A DNA stretch of 64,000 nucleotides from Terriglobales bacterium (GTDB lineage Bacteria > Acidobacteriota > Terriglobia > Bryobacterales > Bryobacteraceae). Below the pieces are notes generated by a model. The model was given only the letters and a program-made list of their open reading frames with translations. It was not told where the DNA came from and did not search any database. The stretch spans positions 24,659 through 88,658 of the forward strand of contig JAIXQP010000047.1 in NCBI GenBank assembly GCA_027485675.1, read 5' to 3'. Made by a program: the position numbers and the translations under genes. Below, in pieces: positions 20,999 to 31,475 of this stretch; within the stretch, counting starts at the first letter, position 1, and each line of letters starts with the position of its first letter.

Positions 20999-23200
20999 AT
21001 GAGCACCATCACTCCGGAAGTCGTCGCCGCGCACTCTCTCACGCCGGACGAATACCAGAAGATTCTCTCCCTTTTGGGGCGCGAACCCTCACTGACTGAA
21101 CTCGGCATCTTCAGCGTGATGTGGAGCGAGCACTGCTCCTATAAGTCGTCGAAGGTCCACCTGAAAAAGCTGCCCACCCGCAGCCAGCTCGTCCTCCTCG
21201 GCCCCGGCGAAAACGCCGGCATCATCGACATCGGCAAGGGTTACGGCATCGCCTTCAAGATCGAGTCGCACAACCACCCGAGCTTCATCGAGCCGTTCCA
21301 GGGCGCCGCCACCGGCGTCGGCGGCATCCTCCGCGACATCTTCACCATGGGCGCCCGGCCCATCGCCGTCCTCGATTCCATCCGCTTCGGCCCGCTCGAC
21401 GATCCGCAAACCGGCGCCCGCAACCGCCGCATCCTCGAAGGCGTCGTCAGCGGCATCGCCCACTACGGCAACTGCTTCGGCGTGCCCACCGTCGGCGGCG
21501 AATGCGTCTTCCACAAGTCCTATGACGGCAACCCGCTCGTCAACGTCTTCGCCCTCGGCGTCATCCCGAAAGACAAAATCTTCTTCGGCCGCGCCGAAGG
21601 CATCGGCAACCCGGTCATCTACGTCGGCGCGAAAACCGGCCGCGACGGCATCCACGGCGCGACCATGGCCTCGGACGAGTTCACCGAAGAGTCCAAGCAG
21701 AAACGGCCGAACGTCCAGATGGGCGACCCGTTCCTTGAAAAGCTCCTCCTCGAGGCCTGCCTCGAAGCCATGTACACCGGCGCCGTCGTCGGCATTCAGG
21801 ACATGGGCGCCGCGGGCCTGACCTGCTCCACCTGCGAAATGGGCAGCCGCGCCGGCACCGGCGTCGAGATCGATCTGAAATACGTCCCGCAGCGCGAAAC
21901 CGGCATGTCTCCCTACGAGATCATGCTCAGCGAATCGCAGGAGCGCATGCTCCTCGTCGCCGAAAAGGGCCGCGAGCAGGAAATTTTCGACGTCTTCAAT
22001 AAGTGGGGCCTCGACTCCGCCACCATCGGTTTCGTTACGGATGACGGTATGCTCCGCGTCCGCGACCATGGCGTTCTCGTCGCCGAGATCAACAATCGCG
22101 ATCTCGCCGACGAAGCCCCCATCTACAACCGCCCGCACACCAAGCCCCATCGCAACGTGCCGATGGAAGCCCCGGCGTTCGCCTCCGCCGATCTCAAAGC
22201 CGACCTCATCCAGCTCCTAACGAGCGGCGACCTCTGCAGCAAGAAGTGGATCTACGAGCAGTACGATTCCATGGTCCGGACAAACACGCTCTCCGGCCCC
22301 GGCGGAGACGCCGCCATTGTCCGCGTGAAGGAGACCGGCACCTCCGTCGCCATCTCCCTCGATGGCAACGGCCGCTACTGCTATCTCGACCCGCGCGAAG
22401 GCGCCAAGCTCGTTGTCGCCGAAGCCTGCCGCAACGTCTCCACTGTCGGCGCCCTCCCGGTGGCCGCGACCAACAATCTCAACTTCGGCAATCCGCAGCG
22501 GCCGGAGATCATGGCCCAACTCGTCGAAGCCATTGAAGGCATGGCCGATGCCTGTCTCCACTTCGAAACGCCGATCACCGGCGGCAACGTCAGCCTCTAC
22601 AACGAAACCCTCGGCGAGGGCATTCTGCCCACGCCCGTCATGGGCATTGTCGGGTTGATGCCGACGCAGGCCCCGGTGCCCAGCCGGTTCCAGAACGAAG
22701 ACCGCACTGTCATGCTGCTCGGCGGCATCGGCAATACGGATGAGGTGCATTTCGGGGGAACGCAGTATGCCCATGTTCTGCTCAAGCAGATGTGGGGCCT
22801 GCCGCCCGCTCTCGATATGGCCTTCGAAAAGAATGTCCACGCGGCCATCCGCGAACTCGTCGGCGCCGGCCTCGTCGAATCCGCGCATGACCTCTCCGAC
22901 GGCGGCTTTGCCGTCGCCCTCGCCGAAGCCAGCTTCGACGGCATCGGCGCTACCGTCACCCTCCCTGGTTCCTCCCTTCGTCCCGAGCTGCTGCTCTTCC
23001 ACGAAGGGCCGTCCCGGATCCTGGTCTCTACAAACTCCCCCGAAGAAGTATCGAAACTAGCCGATAAGCACGGCGTACCCGCCGTTATCATTGGAACTAC
23101 CGTAAAAGGTCAGGTCGTCATTGAGGGCTACCTCCGTGCGGCCGTGGAAGAACTTCATCAACCTTGGGCTACCGCCCTGGAGAGTGCGCTCCATGCATGA
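20999..23200 (+). CDS. purL: Phosphoribosylformylglycinamidine synthase subunit PurL (FGAM synthase II)
   Basis: 733 aa. [22 protein letters not shown] and [14 protein letters not shown] motifs. Confidence 0.95.
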   Translation: MSTITPEVVAAHSLTPDEYQKILSLLGREPSLTELGIFSVMWSEHCSYKSSKVHLKKLPTRSQLVLLGPGENAGIIDIGKGYGIAFKIESHNHPSFIEPFQGAATGVGGILRDIFTMGARPIAVLDSIRFGPLDDPQTGARNRRILEGVVSGIAHYGNCFGVPTVGGECVFHKSYDGNPLVNVFALGVIPKDKIFFGRAEGIGNPVIYVGAKTGRDGIHGATMASDEFTEESKQKRPNVQMGDPFLEKLLLEACLEAMYTGAVVGIQDMGAAGLTCSTCEMGSRAGTGVEIDLKYVPQRETGMSPYEIMLSESQERMLLVAEKGREQEIFDVFNKWGLDSATIGFVTDDGMLRVRDHGVLVAEINNRDLADEAPIYNRPHTKPHRNVPMEAPAFASADLKADLIQLLTSGDLCSKKWIYEQYDSMVRTNTLSGPGGDAAIVRVKETGTSVAISLDGNGRYCYLDPREGAKLVVAEACRNVSTVGALPVAATNNLNFGNPQRPEIMAQLVEAIEGMADACLHFETPITGGNVSLYNETLGEGILPTPVMGIVGLMPTQAPVPSRFQNEDRTVMLLGGIGNTDEVHFGGTQYAHVLLKQMWGLPPALDMAFEKNVHAAIRELVGAGLVESAHDLSDGGFAVALAEASFDGIGATVTLPGSSLRPELLLFHEGPSRILVSTNSPEEVSKLADKHGVPAVIIGTTVKGQVVIEGYLRAAVEELHQPWATALESALHA

Positions 23201-24623
23201 GACCCCGTTTGACGACGACAAACTCCATGAAGAGTGTGGTGTATTCGCGATCTATGGCCACGAAGAAGCCGCGAACCTGGCCTATCTGGGCCTGTACGCG
23301 TTGCAGCATCGTGGGCAGGAGTCGGCCGGCATCGCTTCGAGCGATGGCCGCCAACTGATCTGCCATAAGGCGATGGGCCACGTGGCCGACATCTTCACCC
23401 CGGAGAAGCTGGCTGGGCTCCCCGGGCATATGGCGATCGGCCATACCCGGTACTCCACCACCGGCGATTCGAAGATGCTCAACGCGCAGCCCTTCAGCGT
23501 AGCCTGCAACAAGGGGCTCATCGCGGTGGCGCACAATGGCAACATCACCAACGCGGCGGAGCTGCGCCGCGAGCTCGAGGCCGAAGGGTCCATCTTCCAG
23601 GCGTCTAGCGACACCGAAGTGATTCTGCACCTGGTGGCCAAGTCGCGGGAGCGGACGCTGGCCGGGGCGCTGCGCGAAGCGCTGCTGCAGCTCGAAGGCG
23701 CGTTTTCGCTCGTGTTTTTGGCCAAAGACCGCGTCATCGTCGCCCGCGATCCCCACGGCTTCCGGCCGCTCGCCATGGGCAAAATGGAGCTCTCGCAGCA
23801 CAAGATCGGCTATGTGTTCGCCTCCGAAACCTGCGCCTTCGATCTCGTCGACGCCGTCTATCAGAGCGAAGTCGAGCCGGGCGAAATGGTGATCGTTGGC
23901 CCCGAAGGCGTCACCCGCGAGCAATGGGCGCCGCGCCGGAACAAAGCCCACTGCGTCTTCGAACACGTCTATTTCTCCCGCCCGGATTCGATGGTCTTCG
24001 GCCGCCCCGTGCAGAAGTCGCGGGACCGCATGGGCCGCTTGCTCGCCATCGAACACCCGGCCGACGCCGACATCGTCGTACCCGTGCCGGACTCCGGCGT
24101 CGCCGCCGCCCTCGGCTACGCGAGCCAGACCGGCATCCCCTACGGCCAGGCGCTCATCCGCAACCACTACGTTGGCCGCACGTTCATTGAGCCCTCGCAG
24201 GCCATTCGCGACTTCGGCGTCAAGCTGAAGCTCAACCCGGTTCGCCACCTGCTCGAAGGCAAGCGCGTCGTCCTGGTGGACGATTCGATCGTCCGCGGCA
24301 CCACGTCCCGCAAGATTGTTCGAATGGTGCGCCAGGCCGGTGCGCGCGAAGTGCATCTGCGCATCTCCTGCCCGCCCACCATCAGCCCCTGCTTCTATGG
24401 CGTCGATACCCCGAACAAGCAGCAGTTGATCGCGGCGAACTCCTCCGCCGAAGAGATCCGCAAGTTCGTCGAGGCCGATTCGCTGGGCTATCTCTCCATC
24501 GGCAAGTTAACCGAAGCCGTGGAGGATCACAACCGGGACTTCTGCTACGCCTGCTACAGCGGAAACTATCCGACCCTGATCAATATTGACGAGATGTCGC
24601 AGGACAATCCGCCGCTGGGCTAG
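23193..24623 (+). CDS. purF: Amidophosphoribosyltransferase
   Basis: From ATG 23193: [23 protein letters not shown] (Ntn Cys). PRPP loop [12 protein letters not shown]. Cys ligands [10 protein letters not shown]. Overlaps the purL stop by 8 nt. The ORF track start at 23121 is probably too early. Confidence 0.93.
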   Translation: MHETPFDDDKLHEECGVFAIYGHEEAANLAYLGLYALQHRGQESAGIASSDGRQLICHKAMGHVADIFTPEKLAGLPGHMAIGHTRYSTTGDSKMLNAQPFSVACNKGLIAVAHNGNITNAAELRRELEAEGSIFQASSDTEVILHLVAKSRERTLAGALREALLQLEGAFSLVFLAKDRVIVARDPHGFRPLAMGKMELSQHKIGYVFASETCAFDLVDAVYQSEVEPGEMVIVGPEGVTREQWAPRRNKAHCVFEHVYFSRPDSMVFGRPVQKSRDRMGRLLAIEHPADADIVVPVPDSGVAAALGYASQTGIPYGQALIRNHYVGRTFIEPSQAIRDFGVKLKLNPVRHLLEGKRVVLVDDSIVRGTTSRKIVRMVRQAGAREVHLRISCPPTISPCFYGVDTPNKQQLIAANSSAEEIRKFVEADSLGYLSIGKLTEAVEDHNRDFCYACYSGNYPTLINIDEMSQDNPPLG

Positions 24624-24625
24624 CG

Positions 24626-25795
24626 TTGATGCAGGCTACCGTCTCCTCCTCCGCGCAAGCCGTCGCCCCATCCCGCATCCGGGCCCTGGCGGAGATCGCG
24701 ATGACGATGGAGGGCGTGCAGAAGCTCTACTTCGGCGAATCGAATCTGCCGACGCCCGAGTTCATCCAGCGGGCCGGGACAGAGGCCATGGCGGCGGGCT
24801 TTACCACCTACACCTCTAACGCCGGCCTGCTGTCCACCCGCGAAGCCCTCGCGGCTTACTACGCCCAACACCACGGCGTCACGCTCAATCCGGCGCAAGA
24901 GATCATCGTCACCAGCTCCGGGGTGCAGGCGCTCAATCTCTCCATCGGCTGCCTGCTCGATCCCGGCGACGAGGCGCTGATTCTGACACCGGCCTGGCCG
25001 AATGCCTGCTCGATCGTCACTATGAACCAGGCGCGGGCCATCGAGATGGCCCAGCCGCTCGTCGGCGCCCGCTACGCCATCGACTTCGAGGCGCTCGAAG
25101 CGGCCGTTACGCCTCGGACCCGCTTCCTGATGTACACCTCGCCGTCGAATCCGCTCGGCTGGGTGGCCACGCTCCAAGACCAGCAGCGGCTACTCGAGTT
25201 CACGCGCCGGCACGGTCTCTGGCTGTTGGCGGATGAGGTCTATGAACGCTTGACCTACGGCCCGGCCAATCCCGAACCCTCCATCCTCCGGCTCGCCACG
25301 CGCGAAGACGCCGTCATCGTGGCCCAGTCGTTCTCGAAGTCGTATTGCATGACCGGATGGCGTTTGGGCTGGATCGTCGGCCGGAAGGATCTGATCGCCA
25401 AGGCGACGCAGCGCAACGAGTTCATCGTCTCCTGCGCCCCCGCGTTTGTGCAGAAAGCCGGCGAAGTGGCGCTACGGGATGGCGAACCGTTCATCGCCGA
25501 ACTTCTGCGGATGCTGAAGGGCAATCGCGACTACTGCACGGAGATCCTCCGCTCCATTCCCGGCGTAACCGTGCCGGAGCCCGACGGTGCGTTCTACCTG
25601 TTCCCCCAAATCGCCGGGCTCACCGATTCCTTCGGCTTCTGCAAGCGGCTGCTGCTCGAAACAAAAGTCGGCCTGGCGCCGGGAGTCGCCTTCGGCAACG
25701 GGGGAGAAGGCTCCGTGCGGCTTTGCTATGCCGTGGAACGCCCGATTCTCGAAACGGCCTTGGCTTCGTTTCGTAACTTCGTGGTGGCGAGCTAG
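24626..25795 (+). CDS. Class I/II PLP-dependent aminotransferase (aspartate aminotransferase family)
   Basis: 389 aa. PLP-lysine motif SFSKSYCMTGWRLGW, and SPSNPLGW. Confidence 0.85.
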   Translation: MMQATVSSSAQAVAPSRIRALAEIAMTMEGVQKLYFGESNLPTPEFIQRAGTEAMAAGFTTYTSNAGLLSTREALAAYYAQHHGVTLNPAQEIIVTSSGVQALNLSIGCLLDPGDEALILTPAWPNACSIVTMNQARAIEMAQPLVGARYAIDFEALEAAVTPRTRFLMYTSPSNPLGWVATLQDQQRLLEFTRRHGLWLLADEVYERLTYGPANPEPSILRLATREDAVIVAQSFSKSYCMTGWRLGWIVGRKDLIAKATQRNEFIVSCAPAFVQKAGEVALRDGEPFIAELLRMLKGNRDYCTEILRSIPGVTVPEPDGAFYLFPQIAGLTDSFGFCKRLLLETKVGLAPGVAFGNGGEGSVRLCYAVERPILETALASFRNFVVAS

Positions 25796-25800
25796 GAGCC

Positions 25801-28800
25801 ATGGCCGCAAGGACGATCGCCGAGAAGCTGGCTCCCTTCTTTGACCGCGAGACCCGGAACCGCGGTTGGGATTACGTTCGCGGCAACCGGATCAGCCTCC
25901 GCCAGGGCAGCAAATACGCCGTCAAGGGTGTCGCGCTGGGCACGCAGGAGTACCGGATCACCATCCGGCTCGACGGCTCGGACGTGCATGTCTACTGCGC
26001 CTGCGAAGCGTTTCGCAAGCTCGGGCCGTGCAAGCATCTCTGGGCGGCTGCCGTCGAAGCCGAGCGCCTGGGTTACCTGTCGGAGATCCGTTGGACCAGT
26101 CTCGAACTGAATCTCGAAGAGGACGATAGTCCCGACCAGACGCCCGGAGAGACCCCGCTGCCGAATTGGCGCATGTACCTGCGGGATATCGACGCGAAGA
26201 CCGCCCATGCCCAAGTGAAACGGGTGGAACCGCGGCCGGACGATGAACAGATTCTGTACCTCATCGATCCGCTGGACACCGTGCGGAACGTGCGGGCCAT
26301 CTCGCTGCAGGTGCTCGCCCGCACCCCCAACAAGAAGTCCGGCGGCTGGAACCGGACGTACCCGTTGCGGCTCTCGCAGGATCAGTTGCAGGCCATGCCG
26401 CCGTGCGACGACCGCGAGATTCTGCTGAGTTTGGCCGGGTCGCGCGGCGTGGTGACGACCTTCTCCACCTACACCCCGGACGAGCTGCATAACGCCTATG
26501 AGCTCTCCCCGGCGCTCGGTCAGCGGGTGATGCCTATCATCTGCGGCACCGGCCGCTGTTTTTTGAAGAGCCCAAACTCGGAGGAGCGCTCGTTCTCGCA
26601 GCCGCTCCAGTGGGACCCTGAGCCCTTCCGGTTCCGTCTGCTGTGGCAGCAGGGCGGCGACGGAAGCTGGCAGGTCTCCGCCGAGTTCTACCGCGAGGAC
26701 GAGATGCTGGCCATCGATGCCTCCACGCAGATCATCGCGGGCTCGTTTCTGCTGCGGCGCCGAGCCATCGGCCCGCTCGACGCGTTGAAAGCGTTGCCGT
26801 GGATCCAGTTCTTCCGCGTGCAGGGGCAGATCTCGATCAACGGAGCCGAGACCGACGAGTTTCTCCGCGAGGCGATGAAGCGCCTGCCCGAAGATGTCCT
26901 GCATCTGCCCATGGCGTTGCGCTACGAACGGATTCCGGGGCGGCCGCATCCCACCCTCAAGCTGCGCCAGGCCCAGCGCCGCGCCGACCAGGATCCCTTC
27001 ACCGGACGGCCGGAGTTCGTCTACGCCGACGGCGTCGCGGCCCATGCCGAAACCGTCGCGGAGGTGCTCTTCCACCCCTCGGAACGGAAGCTGATCGCGC
27101 GGGACATGGAAGCCGAAGGCGCCGCGCTCGCCCTGCTCCCCGAGGCGGGATTCCGTCCGGTGCAGTACATCGGTGTCGAAGGCCAAAGTTGGGACATCAC
27201 CCCGTCCAAGCTGCTCGCCGGGCTGCGCAAGCTCTTCCAGGCGGGCTGGTACATCGAGTTGCAGGGCCTGCCCATGCGGTCGGCGACGAAGATGAACGCG
27301 ACCGTCAGCACCGGCATCGACTGGTTCGAGTTGACCGGCGACATTCACTTTGACGACATCTCGGTGCCGCTGCCGCAGTTGCTCAAGGCGATGCAGCAGG
27401 GCGAATCGATGTTCAAGCTCGCCGACGGCAGCATCGCCATCCTCGACGAAGGACAGTTGGGGCGGTTGAGTTCGCTGCTGCAACTGGCCGAAATCGAAAA
27501 GGGGCAGGTGCGGTTCCAACGAAACCAGGTGGCTCTTCTCGACGCGCTCCTGGCGGCGCAGCCCGAAATCCACGCCGACGAAACGCTCGAGCACGCCCGG
27601 CAGCAGTTGCAGAACTTCCGCGGCATCGACGCCGCCGCGCAACCCCCCGGCTTTCAAGGTTCCCTGCGCGAGTACCAGAAGCAGGGCTTGGGCTGGCTGC
27701 TGTTTTTGAATGCGTTCAAATTCGGCGGTTGCCTGGCGGACGACATGGGCGTCGGCAAGACGGCGCAGGTGCTGGCGCTGCTCGAAATGCGCCGCGCCGC
27801 GCGGGCGGCGGGCGAGGCGATTCCGCCGTCGCTGGTCGTGGCGCCCCGTTCCCTGATCTTCAACTGGCAGCGGGAAGCGGCGCGGTTCACCCCGGAACTG
27901 CGGACACTCGATTTCACCGGGCTCACGCGCAGCCTCGACAACCTGCAGGACTACGACCTCATCCTCACGACCTACGGCACCCTCCGCCGCGACATCGTCA
28001 CGCTGCAGCAGCATGTCTTCGACTACGCCATTCTCGACGAAGCGCAAGCGATCAAGAACTTCGGCTCGGCGTCCGCCAAAGCGGCGCGCTTGTTGAAGGC
28101 CAACCACCGGCTCACCATGACGGGTACCCCCGTTGAGAACCATCTCGGCGAACTCTGGAGCCTGTTCGAATTCCTGAACCCCGGCATGCTCGGCAAGGCC
28201 TCCGTTCTGCGGCTTTCGGGCGCGGGCTCCCGGACGGTAGCGCCGGAGACACGTGAACTGCTCGCCGCCGGTCTGCGGCCCTTCCTGCTGCGGCGGACGA
28301 AGGAACAGGTAGCCAAAGAGTTGCCGCCGAAGGTGGAGCAGACGCTGTTCTGCGAACTCGAGCCGGACGAGCGCAAGCTCTATAACGAACTCCGCGACCA
28401 CTACCGGGCGTCGCTGCTGGCGGGCACCTCGCGGACCTGGAACAAGCGGAAGCTCCAGGTGCTCGAAGCGCTGCTGCGGCTGCGGCAGGCGTCGTGCCAT
28501 CCGGGGCTCGTCGATAAGAAACGGGCGACGGGATCGAGCACCAAGCTGGACACGTTGCTGAGTCAACTCGAAGAGGTGCTGCAGGAAGGCCACAAGGCGC
28601 TGATCTTCTCGCAGTTCACGTCCCTGCTCGCGCTCGTGCGCGCGCAGTTGGACGCGCAAGGATTAACGTACGAGTATCTGGACGGAAAAACGAAGGACCG
28701 GCAGGCGCCCGTCGAACGATTCCAGACCGATCCGGAATGCAAGCTGTTCCTGATCAGTTTGAAAGCGGGCGGCGTCGGCTTGAATCTCACCGCGGCCGAC

Positions 28801-29043
28801 TACGTCTTTCTGCTCGATCCGTGGTGGAATCCAGCCGTCGAAGCACAAGCCATTGACCGTACGCACCGCATCGGCCAGGATAAGCCCGTCTTCGCCTACC
28901 GTGTCATCGCCAAGGACACCGTGGAAGAGCGGGTACTCGAGTTGCAGAACACGAAACGCGAACTCGCCACCGCCATCCTCAGCGAAGATAACGCGCTGGT
29001 TGCCAACTTGCAGCCGGAAGATTTGGAACTTCTGCTCTCTTAA
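25801..29043 (+). CDS. SWIM zinc-finger / SNF2-family helicase
   Basis: 1080 aa. SWIM CxC...CxH (VYCACEAFRKLGPCKHLWAA). SNF2 motifs LADDMGVGKT, DEAQAIKN, LTGTPVEN, KALIFSQFT, LISLKAGGVGLNLTAADYVFLLDPWWNPAVEAQAIDRTHRIGQ. Confidence 0.88.
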   Translation: MAARTIAEKLAPFFDRETRNRGWDYVRGNRISLRQGSKYAVKGVALGTQEYRITIRLDGSDVHVYCACEAFRKLGPCKHLWAAAVEAERLGYLSEIRWTSLELNLEEDDSPDQTPGETPLPNWRMYLRDIDAKTAHAQVKRVEPRPDDEQILYLIDPLDTVRNVRAISLQVLARTPNKKSGGWNRTYPLRLSQDQLQAMPPCDDREILLSLAGSRGVVTTFSTYTPDELHNAYELSPALGQRVMPIICGTGRCFLKSPNSEERSFSQPLQWDPEPFRFRLLWQQGGDGSWQVSAEFYREDEMLAIDASTQIIAGSFLLRRRAIGPLDALKALPWIQFFRVQGQISINGAETDEFLREAMKRLPEDVLHLPMALRYERIPGRPHPTLKLRQAQRRADQDPFTGRPEFVYADGVAAHAETVAEVLFHPSERKLIARDMEAEGAALALLPEAGFRPVQYIGVEGQSWDITPSKLLAGLRKLFQAGWYIELQGLPMRSATKMNATVSTGIDWFELTGDIHFDDISVPLPQLLKAMQQGESMFKLADGSIAILDEGQLGRLSSLLQLAEIEKGQVRFQRNQVALLDALLAAQPEIHADETLEHARQQLQNFRGIDAAAQPPGFQGSLREYQKQGLGWLLFLNAFKFGGCLADDMGVGKTAQVLALLEMRRAARAAGEAIPPSLVVAPRSLIFNWQREAARFTPELRTLDFTGLTRSLDNLQDYDLILTTYGTLRRDIVTLQQHVFDYAILDEAQAIKNFGSASAKAARLLKANHRLTMTGTPVENHLGELWSLFEFLNPGMLGKASVLRLSGAGSRTVAPETRELLAAGLRPFLLRRTKEQVAKELPPKVEQTLFCELEPDERKLYNELRDHYRASLLAGTSRTWNKRKLQVLEALLRLRQASCHPGLVDKKRATGSSTKLDTLLSQLEEVLQEGHKALIFSQFTSLLALVRAQLDAQGLTYEYLDGKTKDRQAPVERFQTDPECKLFLISLKAGGVGLNLTAADYVFLLDPWWNPAVEAQAIDRTHRIGQDKPVFAYRVIAKDTVEERVLELQNTKRELATAILSEDNALVANLQPEDLELLLS

Positions 29044-29062
29044 TCTTCGATACCGTATCTGT

Positions 29063-30304
29063 ATGCAGCTTACGCGCCGGCAGATCCTCGCCTCGGCGGC
29101 GCTCCCTTGGGCCCCCAACCGTCCCAAGATCGCCGCCCTCATCACCGAGTACCGCAAGTTCTCCCACGGCCAGCACATCGTGGACCGTTTCCTCGAAGGC
29201 TACGGCTGGGACGGCGAACATCACCATCCCGCCATGGACCTGGTCTCGCTCTACGTCGACCAGCATCCCAACGGCGACCTGACGGAGGACCGCGCCAAAC
29301 GCTTCCCCGGCATGAAGGTCTATAAGACCATCGCCGAAGCGCTGACGAGCGGCACCGGCAAGCTCGCCGTCGATGGCGTGATGCTCGTCGGCGAACACGG
29401 CAAGTACGAACGCAACGAGAAGGGCCAAACCAAGTACCCGCGCTACGAGTTCTTCAAAGAGATCGTGAAGGTCTTCGAAGCCAGCGGTCGCGTCGTGCCC
29501 GTCTTCAACGACAAGCACCTTTCGTGGAACTGGGACTGGGCCAAGGAGATGTACGATACGGCGCGGCGGATGAAGTTCCCGCTGATGGCCGGCTCCAGCC
29601 TACCGGTCACCTGGCGCACCCCGTCGCTCGAGTTCCCCACGGGCGCGCGCGTCGAAGAGGCGATGTGCGTCTGCTACGGCGGCGTCGATAGCTACGACTT
29701 CCATGGCCTTGAAACCCTGCAGGGCATGGTGGAACGGCGGCGCGGCGGCGAGACCGGCGTCGAATGGGTGCAGGCCTATCGCGGCGAGAACTTCTGGAAA
29801 GCCTACCAGGACAAGGTTTGGCCCACCGAACTCGTTGAAGCCGCGCTCTGCCGCAGCCATACGCTCGTCCCGGCGCGCGAAGGCTTCAACAACATCTTCC
29901 CCACCCTCGACGATATGAAGCGCCTCGTGAAGAACCCGGTGGCCTACCGCTACAAGCACTCGGACGGGCTCATGTCGACCATGATTCTGCTGAGCGGACT
30001 GCTCCGCGACTTCAACTTCTCCGCCAAACTCACCGGCCAGAAAGACCTCTTCTCGACGCAGATGTACCTGCCCATGCCGGACGGCCGCACCACCCTCGCC
30101 AACTTCTTCAGCCCGCTTGTCTACAACGCCGAACTCATGTACCTGACCGGCAAGGAGACCTACCCGCTCGAACGGACGCTGCTGACGACGGGCCTCACCG
30201 CGGCCGGCGTCGAGAGCCTGTTCCAGGGCCAGAAGCAGTTGAAGACCCCGCATCTGAACATCCGCTACCAGGCCACGAAAGAGTCCACGTTCTGGAGAAG
30301 CTAA
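29063..30304 (+). CDS. Unknown-function protein, paralog A, with Tat-like leader
   Basis: From ATG 29063: MQLTRRQILASAALPWAPNRPKIAALITEY... The track ORF starting at 28853 overlaps the helicase and is unlikely. Full-length paralog of the next gene. Confidence 0.7.
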   Translation: MQLTRRQILASAALPWAPNRPKIAALITEYRKFSHGQHIVDRFLEGYGWDGEHHHPAMDLVSLYVDQHPNGDLTEDRAKRFPGMKVYKTIAEALTSGTGKLAVDGVMLVGEHGKYERNEKGQTKYPRYEFFKEIVKVFEASGRVVPVFNDKHLSWNWDWAKEMYDTARRMKFPLMAGSSLPVTWRTPSLEFPTGARVEEAMCVCYGGVDSYDFHGLETLQGMVERRRGGETGVEWVQAYRGENFWKAYQDKVWPTELVEAALCRSHTLVPAREGFNNIFPTLDDMKRLVKNPVAYRYKHSDGLMSTMILLSGLLRDFNFSAKLTGQKDLFSTQMYLPMPDGRTTLANFFSPLVYNAELMYLTGKETYPLERTLLTTGLTAAGVESLFQGQKQLKTPHLNIRYQATKESTFWRS

Positions 30305-31464
30305 TGAAGCGCATCGCTATTGTCTCGAGTATTTACCGCTATCTTTCGCACGCGCAGCACATGGGCGACCGCTTCCTGATCGGCTATCCGCACGAAGGCA
30401 AGTGGCACAAGTCCGAGGTGCAGGTCGTTTCCCTCTACGTCGACCAGAAGCCGAAGGGCGACCAGAGCGAAGAACGCGCCAAGGAGTTCGGCTTCAAGGT
30501 CTACCCGACCATCGCGGAGACGCTCCGCTGCGGCACGGACAAGCTGGCCGTGGATGGCGTCGTCATCATCTGCGAGCACGGCGAGTATCCGCGGAACGAA
30601 CTCGGCCAGGTGCTCTATCCGCGCTATGAGTTCTTCAAGGCCTGCACGGAGGTGTTCGAGAAAGACGGCCGCTCCGTGCCGGTCTACAACGACAAGCACC
30701 TGTCGTTCAGCTTCGAGAAAGCGAAGTGGATGCTCGATGAAGCCCGGCGCCTGAAGTTCCCCGTGCTGGCCGGTTCGTCGCTGCCGGTCACCTGGCGGCT
30801 CCCCGATATCGAGATCCCGCTCGGCAGCCAGATTGACGAAGCGCTGATGGTGGGCGTCGGCGGGTCGGACCCCATGGACTACCACGCGCTCGAAGCCATG
30901 CAGTGCATGATCGAGCGGCGCAAGGGCGGCGAGACCGGCGTCAAATCCGTCCAGTTGCTCGAAGGCGAAGCCGCGTGGAAAGCCCCGTATTCGCAGGAGC
31001 TGCTGATCGCCGCGCTCTCCCGCAGCGATACGCCCCTGGGGCTGACGGACAAGGACGGCCGGACGCAGGACCTCGTGCGGACGGGCGAACTGAAGAAGCT
31101 GGTGCCCAAGTCGGCGGCCTATTTGATCGAACATAACGACGGCCTGAAGACCACCCTGCTCATGCTCAACGGCGCCGTGAAGGACTATACGTTCGCCGCG
31201 AAAGTCCGCGGCCGCGGCACGATGTCCACACAGTTCCTGCTCACGCCGGTGCCGAACGTGACCTACTCGGCGTGCCTCGTCAGCAAAATCGAAGAGATGA
31301 TGGTGACGGGCCGGGCGCCCTATCCGGCGGCGCGCACGCTGATCGTTTCGGGCATGCTCGAAAGCTGCCTGCAGTCGAAGCAGAAAGGCGGCGAGAAGCT
31401 GATGACGCCGCAGTTGAGCGTCCGCTACAACGCCCCGGCGCAGAGCCAGCACGCGCGGCGGTAA
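30304..31464 (+). CDS. Unknown-function protein, paralog B, without leader
   Basis: 386 aa. TAATG overlap with paralog A. Shared blocks VSLYVDQ, KLAVDGV, YPRYEFFK, NDKHLS, AGSSLPVTWR, GGETGV. Confidence 0.7.
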   Translation: MKRIAIVSSIYRYLSHAQHMGDRFLIGYPHEGKWHKSEVQVVSLYVDQKPKGDQSEERAKEFGFKVYPTIAETLRCGTDKLAVDGVVIICEHGEYPRNELGQVLYPRYEFFKACTEVFEKDGRSVPVYNDKHLSFSFEKAKWMLDEARRLKFPVLAGSSLPVTWRLPDIEIPLGSQIDEALMVGVGGSDPMDYHALEAMQCMIERRKGGETGVKSVQLLEGEAAWKAPYSQELLIAALSRSDTPLGLTDKDGRTQDLVRTGELKKLVPKSAAYLIEHNDGLKTTLLMLNGAVKDYTFAAKVRGRGTMSTQFLLTPVPNVTYSACLVSKIEEMMVTGRAPYPAARTLIVSGMLESCLQSKQKGGEKLMTPQLSVRYNAPAQSQHARR

Positions 31465-31475
31465 GCTAGGGAGCT

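Noticed and set aside
25792-28659. 955-aa minus-strand ORF opposite the SWIM-SNF2 helicase.
   Set aside because: The plus-strand frame carries a complete set of SNF2 motifs. The antisense product is low-complexity (R/G/P/Q/E-rich). It is a shadow ORF.
25801-31464. SNF2 helicase plus unknown-function neighbours as a DISARM/Zorya-like defence island.
   Set aside because: No methyltransferase, PLD/nuclease, DUF1998 or MotAB-like genes are present. The neighbours carry export signals and look like periplasmic enzymes, and the composition is native-like.
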